64,000 bases of DNA. It comes from an uncultured Candidatus Saccharibacteria bacterium. Lineage in GTDB: Bacteria > Patescibacteriota > Minisyncoccia > Phycocordibacterales > DATGWK01. The notes under the pieces were generated by a model, which was not told the DNA's origin, ran no database searches, and worked only from the letters and a program-made list of their open reading frames with translations. The stretch is from the NCBI GenBank assembly GCA_964428845.1, contig CAYRZH010000002.1, forward strand, positions 6,924-70,923, written 5' to 3'. The position numbers and the translations under genes are program-made. Positions 54,678 to 64,000 of this stretch are shown in pieces (position 1 is the stretch's first letter; each line of letters opens with the position of its first letter).

Positions 54678-54844
54678 GTAAAGAGAGTGATTTTTATAAG
54701 TATTTTTTTATACAATCAAGCAAAATAAACAGATTGACACTGGTGGGGAAGGGGAGTAAATTCAAATGCGGAATCGAACATTGAATTTATAAAAAGTAAT
54801 CAAAAATACACACCGGGCTCTTGCCCAGAAAGGTTGAGTGAGAA

Positions 54845-55918
54845 ATGACGATTGTGGCGAGATCCCAGGCCGTTCTCCCGGTAAATGCCGAAAGTTCAAA
54901 CGACCTCCTCATCTCTGAATTTGCCCGCTATTTGGGTAAGACCCAGAAAAGAAGTCCTCATACAGTGATCAATTATTGCCGTGATGTGAAATCATTGGCA
55001 GGTGTTCTTTCGGACGAATTTGGAGAGGATGCCAGGCTCGCAACCATGTCAGCCGATGAGCTGAATGTATGCCTCGGTATTTTCAGGAACAATCTGGGTT
55101 ACAAAACAAATACCGTAGCAAGGAAGGTCTGCGCCCTAAAGGCTTTCTTCAAGTGGTTTGCGGAACATAGAGATGATGGGGTAGAAACGGGCCCTGTCGG
55201 ATTCCTCTCTGCACTTCGCGCGAAGAGACACAGAGAAACAATTTCCAGATTTCTGACTCTTTCCCATGTAACCAAACTGATGCGGTTTGGTGTAAATACT
55301 GGAATTGTATGCAGGGCGCGAGATACCTTGGCGATAAGACTCTTCCTGTTTACAGGAATTAGCTGTCGTGAACTTGTTGCTATCAATCTGGGTGATTTCA
55401 CGTTGGAGCGGGACGCAATTACTCGTAGGGTGGTGAAGATCGTCAGTGTCAGAGTCGGCCAAGCTCACACAATCTCACTCGACAGGCCCGAAATTCAAGA
55501 AGCATTGGTCGGCTACCTTAATCTCGTTTACCCCAAGTTTTTAGGGCAACCGAGTGTTGGCAGTAGTCATAGCTCTCTTCGCTCTCTTCCTCTTATGGTC
55601 AGTGGTAAGAATAGCAAAGTGAGGATAAAGGGCAGGTCTATAAGGAGGAATCTCCAAAAAATCGGGCGCAAACTCGGCATTAGCCAATCAGGCGTAGAGC
55701 TTGGTCCGACATCTCTTAGGCATCGGTTCGTCATCGATCGTCTGAAAGACCGCACTCCTCGAGCCGCAATATCTCAACTACTGGGCAAGCGACACGCTCA
55801 CTGTATATGGTGGCTAAATCGACTGGCTGCCGACATCGTCAATGCCGGTGCCCTGCAGGACAGTTATGGGGAAGGGGAAGTGGCCAAGCCACAAAATCAC
55901 CCTAAGCAAGTAAAGTGA
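54845..55918 (+). CDS. XerC/D-like tyrosine recombinase homolog lacking catalytic residues
   Basis: S.HT..NY.RD, T.ARK..ALKAFFKW N-domain; TGISCREL, PTSLRH.F, LLGK; promoter TTGACA-N17-TAAATT at 54734-54762; terminator at 55937-55961. Confidence 0.85.
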   Translation: MTIVARSQAVLPVNAESSNDLLISEFARYLGKTQKRSPHTVINYCRDVKSLAGVLSDEFGEDARLATMSADELNVCLGIFRNNLGYKTNTVARKVCALKAFFKWFAEHRDDGVETGPVGFLSALRAKRHRETISRFLTLSHVTKLMRFGVNTGIVCRARDTLAIRLFLFTGISCRELVAINLGDFTLERDAITRRVVKIVSVRVGQAHTISLDRPEIQEALVGYLNLVYPKFLGQPSVGSSHSSLRSLPLMVSGKNSKVRIKGRSIRRNLQKIGRKLGISQSGVELGPTSLRHRFVIDRLKDRTPRAAISQLLGKRHAHCIWWLNRLAADIVNAGALQDSYGEGEVAKPQNHPKQVK

Positions 55919-56060
55919 AAACCAATTTACCATCGGACCCTCCCAGTTGGGCGGGTTTTTTCATAAATAAATTATTTTTTATTCGCTAAGAAGATCAGAT
56001 AACTCAAATCTCAACGTCTATCTTTTATGGTAAGGGAAGGGGTTTAGAGAGAGTATACAA

Positions 56061-56088
56061 ACGTCGCACAATATATCTTTTGCGACAC
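56061..56088. other. dif-like 11-6-11 inverted-repeat site
   Basis: ACGTCGCACAA-TATATC-TTTTGCGACAC. Confidence 0.45.
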
Positions 56089-56172
56089 TACCTATATAAT
56101 AAACAAGGATTTTAAAAATACCACTTCCCCACTCGAAAAAAAGATTTTTTGAGCTTCTTCAGATTGATAAAT

Positions 56173-57174
56173 CTATTTAAATATTTTCTTTGCTCTCTCC
56201 CAGAATTCTGGATGACCATTTTCTTTCATCCAGTACCACCATTCTGCGCCCCACAGAAGTTGTTCGTCAAAACCGGCTCTTTTGGCAAACTCAATTGATT
56301 TATTAAACTTATCAATGTTCATGCGTTTGAGCTGGACATCGATTTCTGTATCGATAATAGGCTTAAGGAGCCACGGTTCAGCCGACAATTCACTCAATAT
56401 AATATTTTTTTGCCCATAAAACGATTTTACGAGGTTCTTTTTTAAGAGAAAGAAGGCTGGTGTAATTGGATACCTAAGTGGTCCCAATTTATGATTCCAA
56501 ATGTATAGGTATAGACTTGTCGCAAAAACGTCAGAATTTCTGTAAGCCTTGTACCAGAGACCAAGCTCGCCACTGTCGGTGAGCAGGATTTTTGTATCCG
56601 GGTCGATTTCTTTTACTAGACTGATTTCTTTCTTCAAAAATTCCTCGTTAGAAAAACTCCCGCAATGATTTTCTGCAAAAGAGGTCAAAAAAACTTCGTT
56701 TTCAACTTGCCAATATTTAATGCTTGGTCGATCTTTATAACGTTGCACTACCGCCGTTATATATTCGAGCACTTTGACCCTTTTCTCTTCGTCGTTGAGC
56801 CCAGAAACCCATTTGGGCTCGTGACACTCTGGCCAACCTGGCAGACGTCGCCCAATGGCAAGAATAATTGAGGAACCTCGCTTTTCGGCCTCATTTACCT
56901 GGAAATCTAAGTCTTTAAAGTTAAAAAGAGCTTCTTCTGGCTGAATATTGGGCCAATGGGCAGAAAGGCGTAGATATTTCACCTTCAGGTCATCCAATAT
57001 CGCTAAAAATGCCTCTTTCCAGTTGATTTTGAGTTCATCTGCGTGATATTTACTGAAAGATGCACCATAAGTGATTTTGTCGGGCGTTTCCTGCCAAAAA
57101 AACACAAATCCAAGGAAAATTAGGACAATTATCAAAATTACCGTTAGCCTGATTTTTGTAATTTTTTTTCTCAT
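56173..57174 (-). CDS. Membrane-anchored clan GH-A glycoside hydrolase
   Basis: WQVENE acid/base and ILSEL nucleophile motifs; start re-called. Confidence 0.8.
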   Translation of the reverse strand: MRKKITKIRLTVILIIVLIFLGFVFFWQETPDKITYGASFSKYHADELKINWKEAFLAILDDLKVKYLRLSAHWPNIQPEEALFNFKDLDFQVNEAEKRGSSIILAIGRRLPGWPECHEPKWVSGLNDEEKRVKVLEYITAVVQRYKDRPSIKYWQVENEVFLTSFAENHCGSFSNEEFLKKEISLVKEIDPDTKILLTDSGELGLWYKAYRNSDVFATSLYLYIWNHKLGPLRYPITPAFFLLKKNLVKSFYGQKNIILSELSAEPWLLKPIIDTEIDVQLKRMNIDKFNKSIEFAKRAGFDEQLLWGAEWWYWMKENGHPEFWERAKKIFK

Positions 57175-57178
57175 TGAT

Positions 57179-58066
57179 TCAGATAAACAAAACAAAGAAG
57201 CCTATAACAATAAGTAGAGTTGCTGCGGTTTTATGCAGGAATTCATGTTGGTGTTGTCTTCCTGAAAAATATTCTGGAAATTTTCTGCTCCATAACACAG
57301 CAAATAGAAATAGGAAAAGATATTGTAAAGCGGCCAAAGCATTGACGATCGATACGTCACCATATTTCAGAGCCAAAAGAATAAATATAAAAGCAATGCC
57401 GGCAAGTATCTTGTTACCTACCACCAGTTTCCTTTTGTACTTCGGGGATTGCCCGAAGTCATCTCTTATCAGTTTATAGACTCCTGGCCAAAGAAGGAGT
57501 AATAGAACAACAAATACGTTTGCCATTCGTGACCAGAAAAAACCATTTAAAAAGTCCTCATATCGAAAGAGCATCTTCATGGTTATGAGGGAAAAACCAA
57601 AAAAGAAACCCGAGCTCACAATGTAAAAAAATGATTTGTGGGTGAATTTGAAATGTGAAAACAAAGTCATTCCTAAGATTAAAATAAAAAAGCCGGCTAT
57701 AAAATGATTTGGTAGCTTCTCTCCAAGAGCGACACTGCTTAGGATAAATGTCGTTAGCGCAGCGGATCCCCCGACTACCGGCATCAATTCGGAAGGATCT
57801 GACCACAGAAATGATTCATAAAGAAAAAGTATTGAGACTACGAAAGCTACTGCTCCAAGCAATGAAAGAATAATGGTTTCTGGGGTGGGAATCTCAACTC
57901 CTCCAAGTGGCAAAAGTACGATGACAAAACCCGAAAGTAACCCTACATAAAAAGTGTAGACAATTGGTTTTGAGACAGTGCGAGTGGCGACGATTTGTCG
58001 ATCTATAAAAACCACTACGGCATTCAGAAATTGACCGATGATTACGAACAGTAGCCAGTTATACAT
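57179..58066 (-). CDS. EamA/DMT-family transporter
   Basis: About 10 TM helices in two repeats, LGEKL. Confidence 0.8.
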   Translation of the reverse strand: MYNWLLFVIIGQFLNAVVVFIDRQIVATRTVSKPIVYTFYVGLLSGFVIVLLPLGGVEIPTPETIILSLLGAVAFVVSILFLYESFLWSDPSELMPVVGGSAALTTFILSSVALGEKLPNHFIAGFFILILGMTLFSHFKFTHKSFFYIVSSGFFFGFSLITMKMLFRYEDFLNGFFWSRMANVFVVLLLLLWPGVYKLIRDDFGQSPKYKRKLVVGNKILAGIAFIFILLALKYGDVSIVNALAALQYLFLFLFAVLWSRKFPEYFSGRQHQHEFLHKTAATLLIVIGFFVLFI

Positions 58067-58074
58067 AACTTCTA

Positions 58075-59256
58075 TTATATCGGAAGAGTTCCGGTCTCGC
58101 AGATTTTCTTGTATACAAAGGCGGATTCCCTAACCTTTCTTCTCTGCGTAGTATAGTCCATCTCAAGCAAACCGAAACGTTTATTGAAACCCTCTGCCCA
58201 CTCATAGTTGTCCAGTAGAGACCAATAAAAATACCCGTGTACATTTACCCCCTCCCCCATCGCCTTGTGTATGAAAAATAAATGGTCGATGATGAAGCGC
58301 TCACGCTTTGTGTCACTACTATCTGCTATGCCATTTTCCGTTACATAAATCGGTTTGTTGTATCGTTTAAGTTCTTTGAGTACGTGATATATGCCTTCTG
58401 GATATATGTCCCAACCCATATCCGTTTTTTCGTACTCTATTTTTCTGCCGAAGGATCTGTGCATATAGTAGTTCAGGCCGATGAAGTCAGTCTTCCCAGA
58501 GAGTCGGTTGAGAAAATGTCTATTCCAGAACCAACTCATGAAAATAACAACTAGTTTGTAGATAGGATTTTGAGACGTGGAATGAAAGTACATATTATTC
58601 TTAACGATACCTACGGGGAAGTCATTTTTTATTATTTTTATTGCCTTATAAGCAGATAGATGACTTTTAGCTAAGTTGTTTAAAATCTTCAAATAAGTTA
58701 GGAAGGATTTCTTTTTAAACGGGGGCCACTTTCCTTGGATCCACCCGTTTCCGGCGAAAACCAGAGGCTCATTCATCGTCATAAAAAAAACTCCATCACA
58801 TTCTTCTCCTAGTTTCTTTACTACGTATTCGCAATATTTCGAAAAATACTTTGATATTTCAAAATTTTCAAAGCCGCCCTTAGCTGCTATCCACTCTGGT
58901 AAAGTGAAATGCCAAAGTGTCACGAAAGGAACTACCCCCCTACGTTTCAGGGCTCGTATTACATCTCTATAATGCTTTATCTCGTTCTCATCGAACTCAT
59001 TCTCTTTTGGTTCGATCCGTGACCATTCTATAGATAAACGGTGTGCTTTCTGGTTTAGCTTTTGAATGTTATCGAAATCCTCTTCATAGTGACCATAATG
59101 TTCGCACGCTCTCCCGCAAGCAGGCACTCTCCCCTCTTTTGCGGCTCTTGCCCAATCGTTGTTTTGAATCCCTCCTTCGACTTGGTAGGAAGCCGTGGCG
59201 CTACCCCACAGAAAACCTTTCGGAAATTCTATTTTGTCACTACTTTCCGTGCTCAT
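58075..59256 (-). CDS. Glycoside hydrolase family 1
   Basis: FP.GFLWGSATASYQVEG, T.NEP, VTENG, DNYEW..G...RFGL. Confidence 0.95.
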   Translation of the reverse strand: MSTESSDKIEFPKGFLWGSATASYQVEGGIQNNDWARAAKEGRVPACGRACEHYGHYEEDFDNIQKLNQKAHRLSIEWSRIEPKENEFDENEIKHYRDVIRALKRRGVVPFVTLWHFTLPEWIAAKGGFENFEISKYFSKYCEYVVKKLGEECDGVFFMTMNEPLVFAGNGWIQGKWPPFKKKSFLTYLKILNNLAKSHLSAYKAIKIIKNDFPVGIVKNNMYFHSTSQNPIYKLVVIFMSWFWNRHFLNRLSGKTDFIGLNYYMHRSFGRKIEYEKTDMGWDIYPEGIYHVLKELKRYNKPIYVTENGIADSSDTKRERFIIDHLFFIHKAMGEGVNVHGYFYWSLLDNYEWAEGFNKRFGLLEMDYTTQRRKVRESAFVYKKICETGTLPI

Positions 59257-59407
59257 TCTATATTTTTAGTCAAGCAAACTCTCCCACCAGTTGAATGTTA
59301 AGTGTAGAAATAAATACAGTGGACCGTAAATCGGAAGCAGAAGGAAAAATAATAGGATTTTTAGACCTCTCATGTTTTAAATATTGGCGGCAGTATATCA
59401 TATCTAC

Positions 59408-59629
59408 CTATTTTTTAAACAGACCCGTTAGGAAATTCCAAATGAAATGAGCTGGCACGGAAAGATAATGTGTCCACAAAAAAATAGCTAGTCCTTTTAT
59501 GTAATCTACCCACTCTGAAATTTTCAAGGATTTCAAAAACTCTAAAATATTGAAATCAAATAGATATTTAAGAAGAACCAGAGCTATGATTATAAGTAAG
59601 ATTTTTTTGATAAATCCTTGGTTTCTCAT
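59408..59629 (-). CDS. Small membrane protein
   Basis: MRNQGFI + hydrophobic stretch; TATAAT 8 nt upstream of ATG. Confidence 0.65.
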   Translation of the reverse strand: MRNQGFIKKILLIIIALVLLKYLFDFNILEFLKSLKISEWVDYIKGLAIFLWTHYLSVPAHFIWNFLTGLFKK

Positions 59630-59648
59630 GCCATCTATTATAGCAAAT

Positions 59649-60917
59649 TTAGAGGTATAAAAGAGGGTTCAAGTAAGCGCGAGTGTCAGCAACCGGCACC
59701 AGTGCTCCAGTACAATTTTTGCTCTGTCCTGTGGTAAACCTAACAATCCTGGTTCCCTGTGAAGCGTAGACACCGAAATGCAGGTGAGGTCCAGTAGAAT
59801 ACCCGGTGTTCCCACTGTATCCAATAATGTCGCCGACAGTCACCCTTTCACCATTATTTACTTTTATAAGGTCGAGGTGGGCGTAAAGTGTGGAGAGGCC
59901 GTTGTTGTGCTTGAGCAAAATCCATTTGCCGTACGAGTAACATCGAGGGACCAAGCTGGTATTGCCTGTTCCCTCAACAACCCCACTAGCCGCCGCTTTA
60001 ACTGGTGTGCCGCGGGGTGCTCTGAAGTCAACACCGTTATGCCCTTTTCCGCTGTAAGCGGCTGTTTTCGAAAACTCTGTATCGCCAAATTGTTGAGTGA
60101 CAAGAATATTGTCGAGAGGCCAGAAGAGGATACCTTTGCCGGAGCTCGGATAGCTCTTTGGGTCTATGATAAGTCGGAGTTGGTTTTCATATTCACTAAG
60201 TTCTCTTTCAAAAGCCTCACTTAGGCGCTTCTTCTCATCAAGAATCTTTCGATAGTTTGATTCTTTGCTTTTTGTCTCGGATAGTAAGACACTTTTTTCT
60301 TGCTTATTTATTTCAATGATTTTTTTCTTATCGCCGAGTTCATCATCAAGGGCGAGCAATATTTTCTTTTGTTTTTCGGTTTCTGCTTGTCGGTTTTCTA
60401 GTTCTCTTTTTTGATTCTGTAAATCCTTAACATAATCCCTTATGGCGGTTTGGATTTTTTCTATATTTTGGAAATCATCCCAAAGGACGTTGATACTGTC
60501 ATAAACCAATACGGTCTCTACCATCGAAGTATCGTCCTTCTGTTGTATATCTCTCAGAGTGTTTGCAACAACACCCATTTTTTGTTCTATACTTTGTTCG
60601 CTTTTCCCTATTTCAAAATCGAGCTCCCTTAGAGTAAGGGTAGCGTTGGATATTTTGTTTTGAGTAACTTGTAATTCTTTGTTTAGCTTGTCACGAGAGA
60701 TATCTAGAGATTTGACTGTAGCCTCAAGGCTCTTACTCTCTTTATTTACAATCTCGATCTGTTCCCCCAACTGTTTGATTTCCTTGTTTAGTATCTCGAT
60801 TTGGGCATTTTTTGTTTCAATATTTTTCTTTATTTCTGCTTCCGTTTGGGCAGAAGTGATGTGCGCGGAAAGTCCGAAACAAAAAAATATCCAAAAGAAG
60901 ACTTTTAATGCATTCAT
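59649..60917 (-). CDS. Coiled-coil M23 peptidase (EnvC/MepM-like)
   Basis: Signal peptide, long coiled coil, HNGVD, YAHL, GPHLHF. Confidence 0.92.
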   Translation of the reverse strand: MNALKVFFWIFFCFGLSAHITSAQTEAEIKKNIETKNAQIEILNKEIKQLGEQIEIVNKESKSLEATVKSLDISRDKLNKELQVTQNKISNATLTLRELDFEIGKSEQSIEQKMGVVANTLRDIQQKDDTSMVETVLVYDSINVLWDDFQNIEKIQTAIRDYVKDLQNQKRELENRQAETEKQKKILLALDDELGDKKKIIEINKQEKSVLLSETKSKESNYRKILDEKKRLSEAFERELSEYENQLRLIIDPKSYPSSGKGILFWPLDNILVTQQFGDTEFSKTAAYSGKGHNGVDFRAPRGTPVKAAASGVVEGTGNTSLVPRCYSYGKWILLKHNNGLSTLYAHLDLIKVNNGERVTVGDIIGYSGNTGYSTGPHLHFGVYASQGTRIVRFTTGQSKNCTGALVPVADTRAYLNPLLYL

Positions 60918-62293
60918 AGGAAAAATCTCGCTGCTTTTTCTAATCTGGATATTGAATCCTTTTTTCCGAGAATTGAGATGACGGTAAAAGGGTCTGGAGA
61001 TTTCATTTTGCCGGTTAGAGCAAATCTCACTGGCCAGAGTACATTTCCCCTACCCTTTTCTGATGCATAGTTCCAAAGAAGTTCCTTTATGGATTCACTT
61101 TTAGAAAAAGTCTCTTCGCGAGCGCCCGAGAGCAATCGGATAGCCTCTCTTAGATGTGCCGCGGTCGTCGCCTCCGTTTTCTCTTCTTTCCATATCAAGT
61201 CTTCTTTTTTGTATGTTGGTTCTTCGAAAAAATAGTCCAATTCTCCAGCTTCAATCATCGAATCTATGTCGCTTAAAACATGTATTCGATCAAGAATAAC
61301 CGGAGTAATTTTTTCGACTAAAATTTTCGATATTTTCCAATGATTTTTCTTTACTAGTTCAGAATTTTTAATTCGGGCCTCTATTTCCTGTCCCAAAGTA
61401 TGTAAGGATTTCTTTTTTAAATATTCCCTATTGAGCCATCGGAGTTTCTCTTCATTGTATATCGCTCCGCTTTTTTGCACTTTGGATATGTCAAAAATTT
61501 TAACAAGTTCATCCAAGCTGAATATTTCCTGCTCGCCGCCAGGATTCCATCCCAAAAGAGCCATATAATTTAATAAGGTTTCGGGCATGTAACCCTGATC
61601 TCGATAATCCGTAAGTGCTCTAGCTCCTCTGCGTTTTGAGAGTTTCGATTTGTCGGGAGCTAGTATAAGAGGTAAATGGGCGTATATGGGTCTACGAGCG
61701 CCGATAGCTTCCCCTATAAGAATTTGTCTGGGCGTATTTGAAATATGCTCCTCGCCTCGGATGACATGAGTAACAGCCATCTCATGGTCATCTACTACAA
61801 CTGCAAAATGGTATAGTGGCTCGTTCAGACTCTTCGCTATCACAAAATCTCCAAGTTCGGTTGTGTCAAACTTTGTCTCCCCGCGGATTAGGTCGAAAAA
61901 GTTTATGGTGGTATTGGGATTTTTGAAACGTATGACCTCGCTCCTCTCCCCCTCTTTTAGGTTGGTCTCTTCTTCCTTAGAAACGTAAGCCTTCCCGCCG
62001 GCTATCAGTTTTTGGAGATATTTTATGTATATTTCCGTTCGCTCTGATTGTTTGTATGTCTCGTCGAATTTTAGGCCAAGCCACTCTAATCCATCCAAAA
62101 TATTTTTTTCATATTCGGGTTTTGATCGCTCTTTGTCTGTATCCTCGATTCTCAAAATTACCTTACCGCCTGCATGCCTCGCATAAAGGAAATTAAAGAG
62201 AGCAGTTCGAAAACCTCCGACGTGAAGTGTTCCCGTTGGGCTTGGGGCGAAACGCGTAACCACACTGTTATGATTTTCGTGTTTTTGTGTCAT
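60914..62293 (-). CDS. gltX: Glutamate--tRNA ligase
   Basis: RFAPSPTG.LHVG, VIRGEEH, KLSKR. Confidence 0.97.
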   Translation of the reverse strand: MTQKHENHNSVVTRFAPSPTGTLHVGGFRTALFNFLYARHAGGKVILRIEDTDKERSKPEYEKNILDGLEWLGLKFDETYKQSERTEIYIKYLQKLIAGGKAYVSKEEETNLKEGERSEVIRFKNPNTTINFFDLIRGETKFDTTELGDFVIAKSLNEPLYHFAVVVDDHEMAVTHVIRGEEHISNTPRQILIGEAIGARRPIYAHLPLILAPDKSKLSKRRGARALTDYRDQGYMPETLLNYMALLGWNPGGEQEIFSLDELVKIFDISKVQKSGAIYNEEKLRWLNREYLKKKSLHTLGQEIEARIKNSELVKKNHWKISKILVEKITPVILDRIHVLSDIDSMIEAGELDYFFEEPTYKKEDLIWKEEKTEATTAAHLREAIRLLSGAREETFSKSESIKELLWNYASEKGRGNVLWPVRFALTGKMKSPDPFTVISILGKKDSISRLEKAARFFL

Positions 62294-62296
62294 GTT

Positions 62297-63424
62297 CTAG
62301 AGTTCGTGTTTAAGGGCGATTGCTAGGATTTCCTTGGCGATAATGCGAGCCGAGTCTTTTTTTACAAAAGCGGCAGCTCCTTGTTTCATTGCCTCCCTTG
62401 TTTTGCCGTCTGTGGCTAAGCGTCTGATTTCAGAGGCGAGAATGTGTGAAGTAAGATTCGATTCCTCAATGACCACAGCTGCCCCGCTTCGAGCATAAGC
62501 ATAAGCGTTCTTCCTTTGGTGATCCCCATTTGTTTCCGTGATTGGGATAATTATGGCTGGTACACCCCAGGCCGCAATTTCAAAAATGGCAGAGCCGGCT
62601 CGGGAGATTATTATATCCGCAACGCCTGCGGCCATGCGAAGAGCAAGGACATTTAGATAATCAAAAGGTTTGTAACGACCTTTGTTCGGATCACCAGTAA
62701 GTACCGCTTCTACTCTGTTTTTTACATCCGAATAGTTTGCCTTGCCCGTCTGGTGAATAACCTGAAATTCTTTTAGAAGATCTGGCAGGATATCAACAAT
62801 AGTGTCGTTAATTATCTGGGCGCCAAGTGAACCTCCCAGGACGAGTATTGTCGGTACATCATTAGATAACTTTAGAAATTCATGAGCGCCGCTTTTTAGG
62901 GGTTCCAGAAGCTCTTTTCTTATTGGGTTTCCTGTGTATGCCACTTTCTCTGCAGGAAAGAATTCGGCCGCCTCCTCGTAGGAAACGGCGATCCTCTTGG
63001 CAAACCTTGCCGCCCAACGATTCACTCTTCCCGGCACGCTGTCTGACTCGTGGATGACAACAGGAATACCCAGTAGGCGGGCGGCAAAAAGAACCGGGAA
63101 GCTAGCATAGCCCCCTTTTCCAAAGACTACATCAGGAAAAATTGAAAAGACGTCCCAGGTTGACGTAATTATTCCCCAACCGGTTTTAAATAAATCAAAA
63201 AAATTTAAGATAGAAAAATAAAGTCTCAATTTTCCAGCCGAATTTTTCTTATAGATTATACCGTTATCAAAAAGAACCGCCGGATCATATGGAGTCGGAG
63301 CCATAAAATAGAGCTCTGGAGCGATGAGTCGATATTCTCTGGCGAGCGCATTGATTTCTTCAGCTACTGATACGATCGGGTAGAAATGACCCCCAGTTCC
63401 TCCTCCTGTAAACAGAATTTTCAT
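62297..63424 (-). CDS. murG: Undecaprenyl-PP-MurNAc-pentapeptide GlcNAc transferase
   Basis: GGGTGGH, GGYAS, TGNPIR, GGSLGA, SRAG, HQ..NA. Confidence 0.97.
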   Translation of the reverse strand: MKILFTGGGTGGHFYPIVSVAEEINALAREYRLIAPELYFMAPTPYDPAVLFDNGIIYKKNSAGKLRLYFSILNFFDLFKTGWGIITSTWDVFSIFPDVVFGKGGYASFPVLFAARLLGIPVVIHESDSVPGRVNRWAARFAKRIAVSYEEAAEFFPAEKVAYTGNPIRKELLEPLKSGAHEFLKLSNDVPTILVLGGSLGAQIINDTIVDILPDLLKEFQVIHQTGKANYSDVKNRVEAVLTGDPNKGRYKPFDYLNVLALRMAAGVADIIISRAGSAIFEIAAWGVPAIIIPITETNGDHQRKNAYAYARSGAAVVIEESNLTSHILASEIRRLATDGKTREAMKQGAAAFVKKDSARIIAKEILAIALKHEL

Positions 63425-63429
63425 ATTTG

Positions 63430-63999
63430 TTAAGTTTTTTGCCTAGTGTAGCGCGAAATATTCAAGACAATTCCAACCTCGGCCAAGGTGATAAGCATGG
63501 CTGATCCGCCGTGACTCACAAAAAGCAAAGGTATACCTGATAGTGGAAGAACTCCAAGCATTGCTCCCATATTGACAAATGATTGAGTCAAAATCAGTAT
63601 AACAATTCCCAAAGCCAAAAGTCCACCAAAACTATCTGGGGCTCGAGTAACTATTTTGAAGCCACGGAAGGCGAAAAATATGTACATACATATGAGACCA
63701 ATTCCACCCACAAATCCAAACTCTTCTGCCATAACCGCAAAGATTGAATCCCCGATCGGTTCTGGTAGAAAATTAAACTTCTGTATACTTTGCCCAAAAC
63801 CTCTACCCAAAACTCCGCCAGACCCTATGGCGATAAGAGATTGCTGGATCTGATAACTCGAACCAAACGAATCCTGCGCCGGGTTTATAAATGTTCTTAG
63901 TCTGTCCTTTATGTAAGGTCGTTCATGAATCACCACGGCGAAGCCGATGAGTGCGATCAGTGCGACAAGTAAAATATGCTTCCATGAAATTCCACCGGC
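63430..63999 (-). CDS. ftsW: SEDS protein FtsW, 3' part (frame open to the window edge)
   Basis: YQ..QS.IAIGSGG..G.G, LPE...DSIFA..AEE.G, P..GIPL..VS.GGS; upstream of murG. Confidence 0.9.
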   Translation of the reverse strand, partial: AGGISWKHILLVALIALIGFAVVIHERPYIKDRLRTFINPAQDSFGSSYQIQQSLIAIGSGGVLGRGFGQSIQKFNFLPEPIGDSIFAVMAEEFGFVGGIGLICMYIFFAFRGFKIVTRAPDSFGGLLALGIVILILTQSFVNMGAMLGVLPLSGIPLLFVSHGGSAMLITLAEVGIVLNISRYTRQKT

Positions 64000-64000
64000 T

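Noticed and set aside
56173-59256. GH1 + EamA + GH-A cluster as a novel system
   Set aside because: Recognisable families with intact motifs and backbone-like composition; nothing in the sequence points beyond a carbohydrate-processing operon

Overview
Chromosomal segment of a small-genome bacterium, most likely Patescibacteria/CPR (Parcubacteria-like). This placement is inferred from gene content, an HTH-MurA fusion, a degenerate PriA, two mreB paralogs and an intron-split tRNA; TGA is used as stop, so the genetic code is standard. The backbone is housekeeping (fmt/def/priA, murA, mreB, frr/rseP/proS, mreBCD-mrdA, greA/lysS, mraZ-rsmH-ftsL-ftsI-murF, rmuC, recR/dnaB/cysS, rplU/rplI/rpmA, an ABC exporter, trhO, gltX/murG/ftsW), and these genes often look leaderless. 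Interleaved with the backbone are six notable things. (1) About 15 orphan genes, mostly GC-richer, built as self-contained cassettes (TTGAC-N16-18-TAnnnT promoter, strong Shine-Dalgarno, own hairpin terminator), including a co-oriented array behind a tRNA-Asn(GUU) that is split by a group I intron. (2) A family of non-coding hairpin elements with a shared core but different terminal stems; one member sits at tRNA-Glu, carries an antisense copy of the tRNA T-arm and is followed by duplicated tRNA 3' ends. (3) An ORF-less, highly structured RNA-like unit of about 300 nt with its own promoter and terminator. (4) A four-gene island with a GHKL ATPase and 30-bp direct repeats. (5) A catalytically dead Xer-like recombinase next to a dif-like site at a gene-orientation switch. 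(6) No CRISPR, rRNA, transposase or active integrase was seen. All calls are by eye; no searches or folding programs were run.
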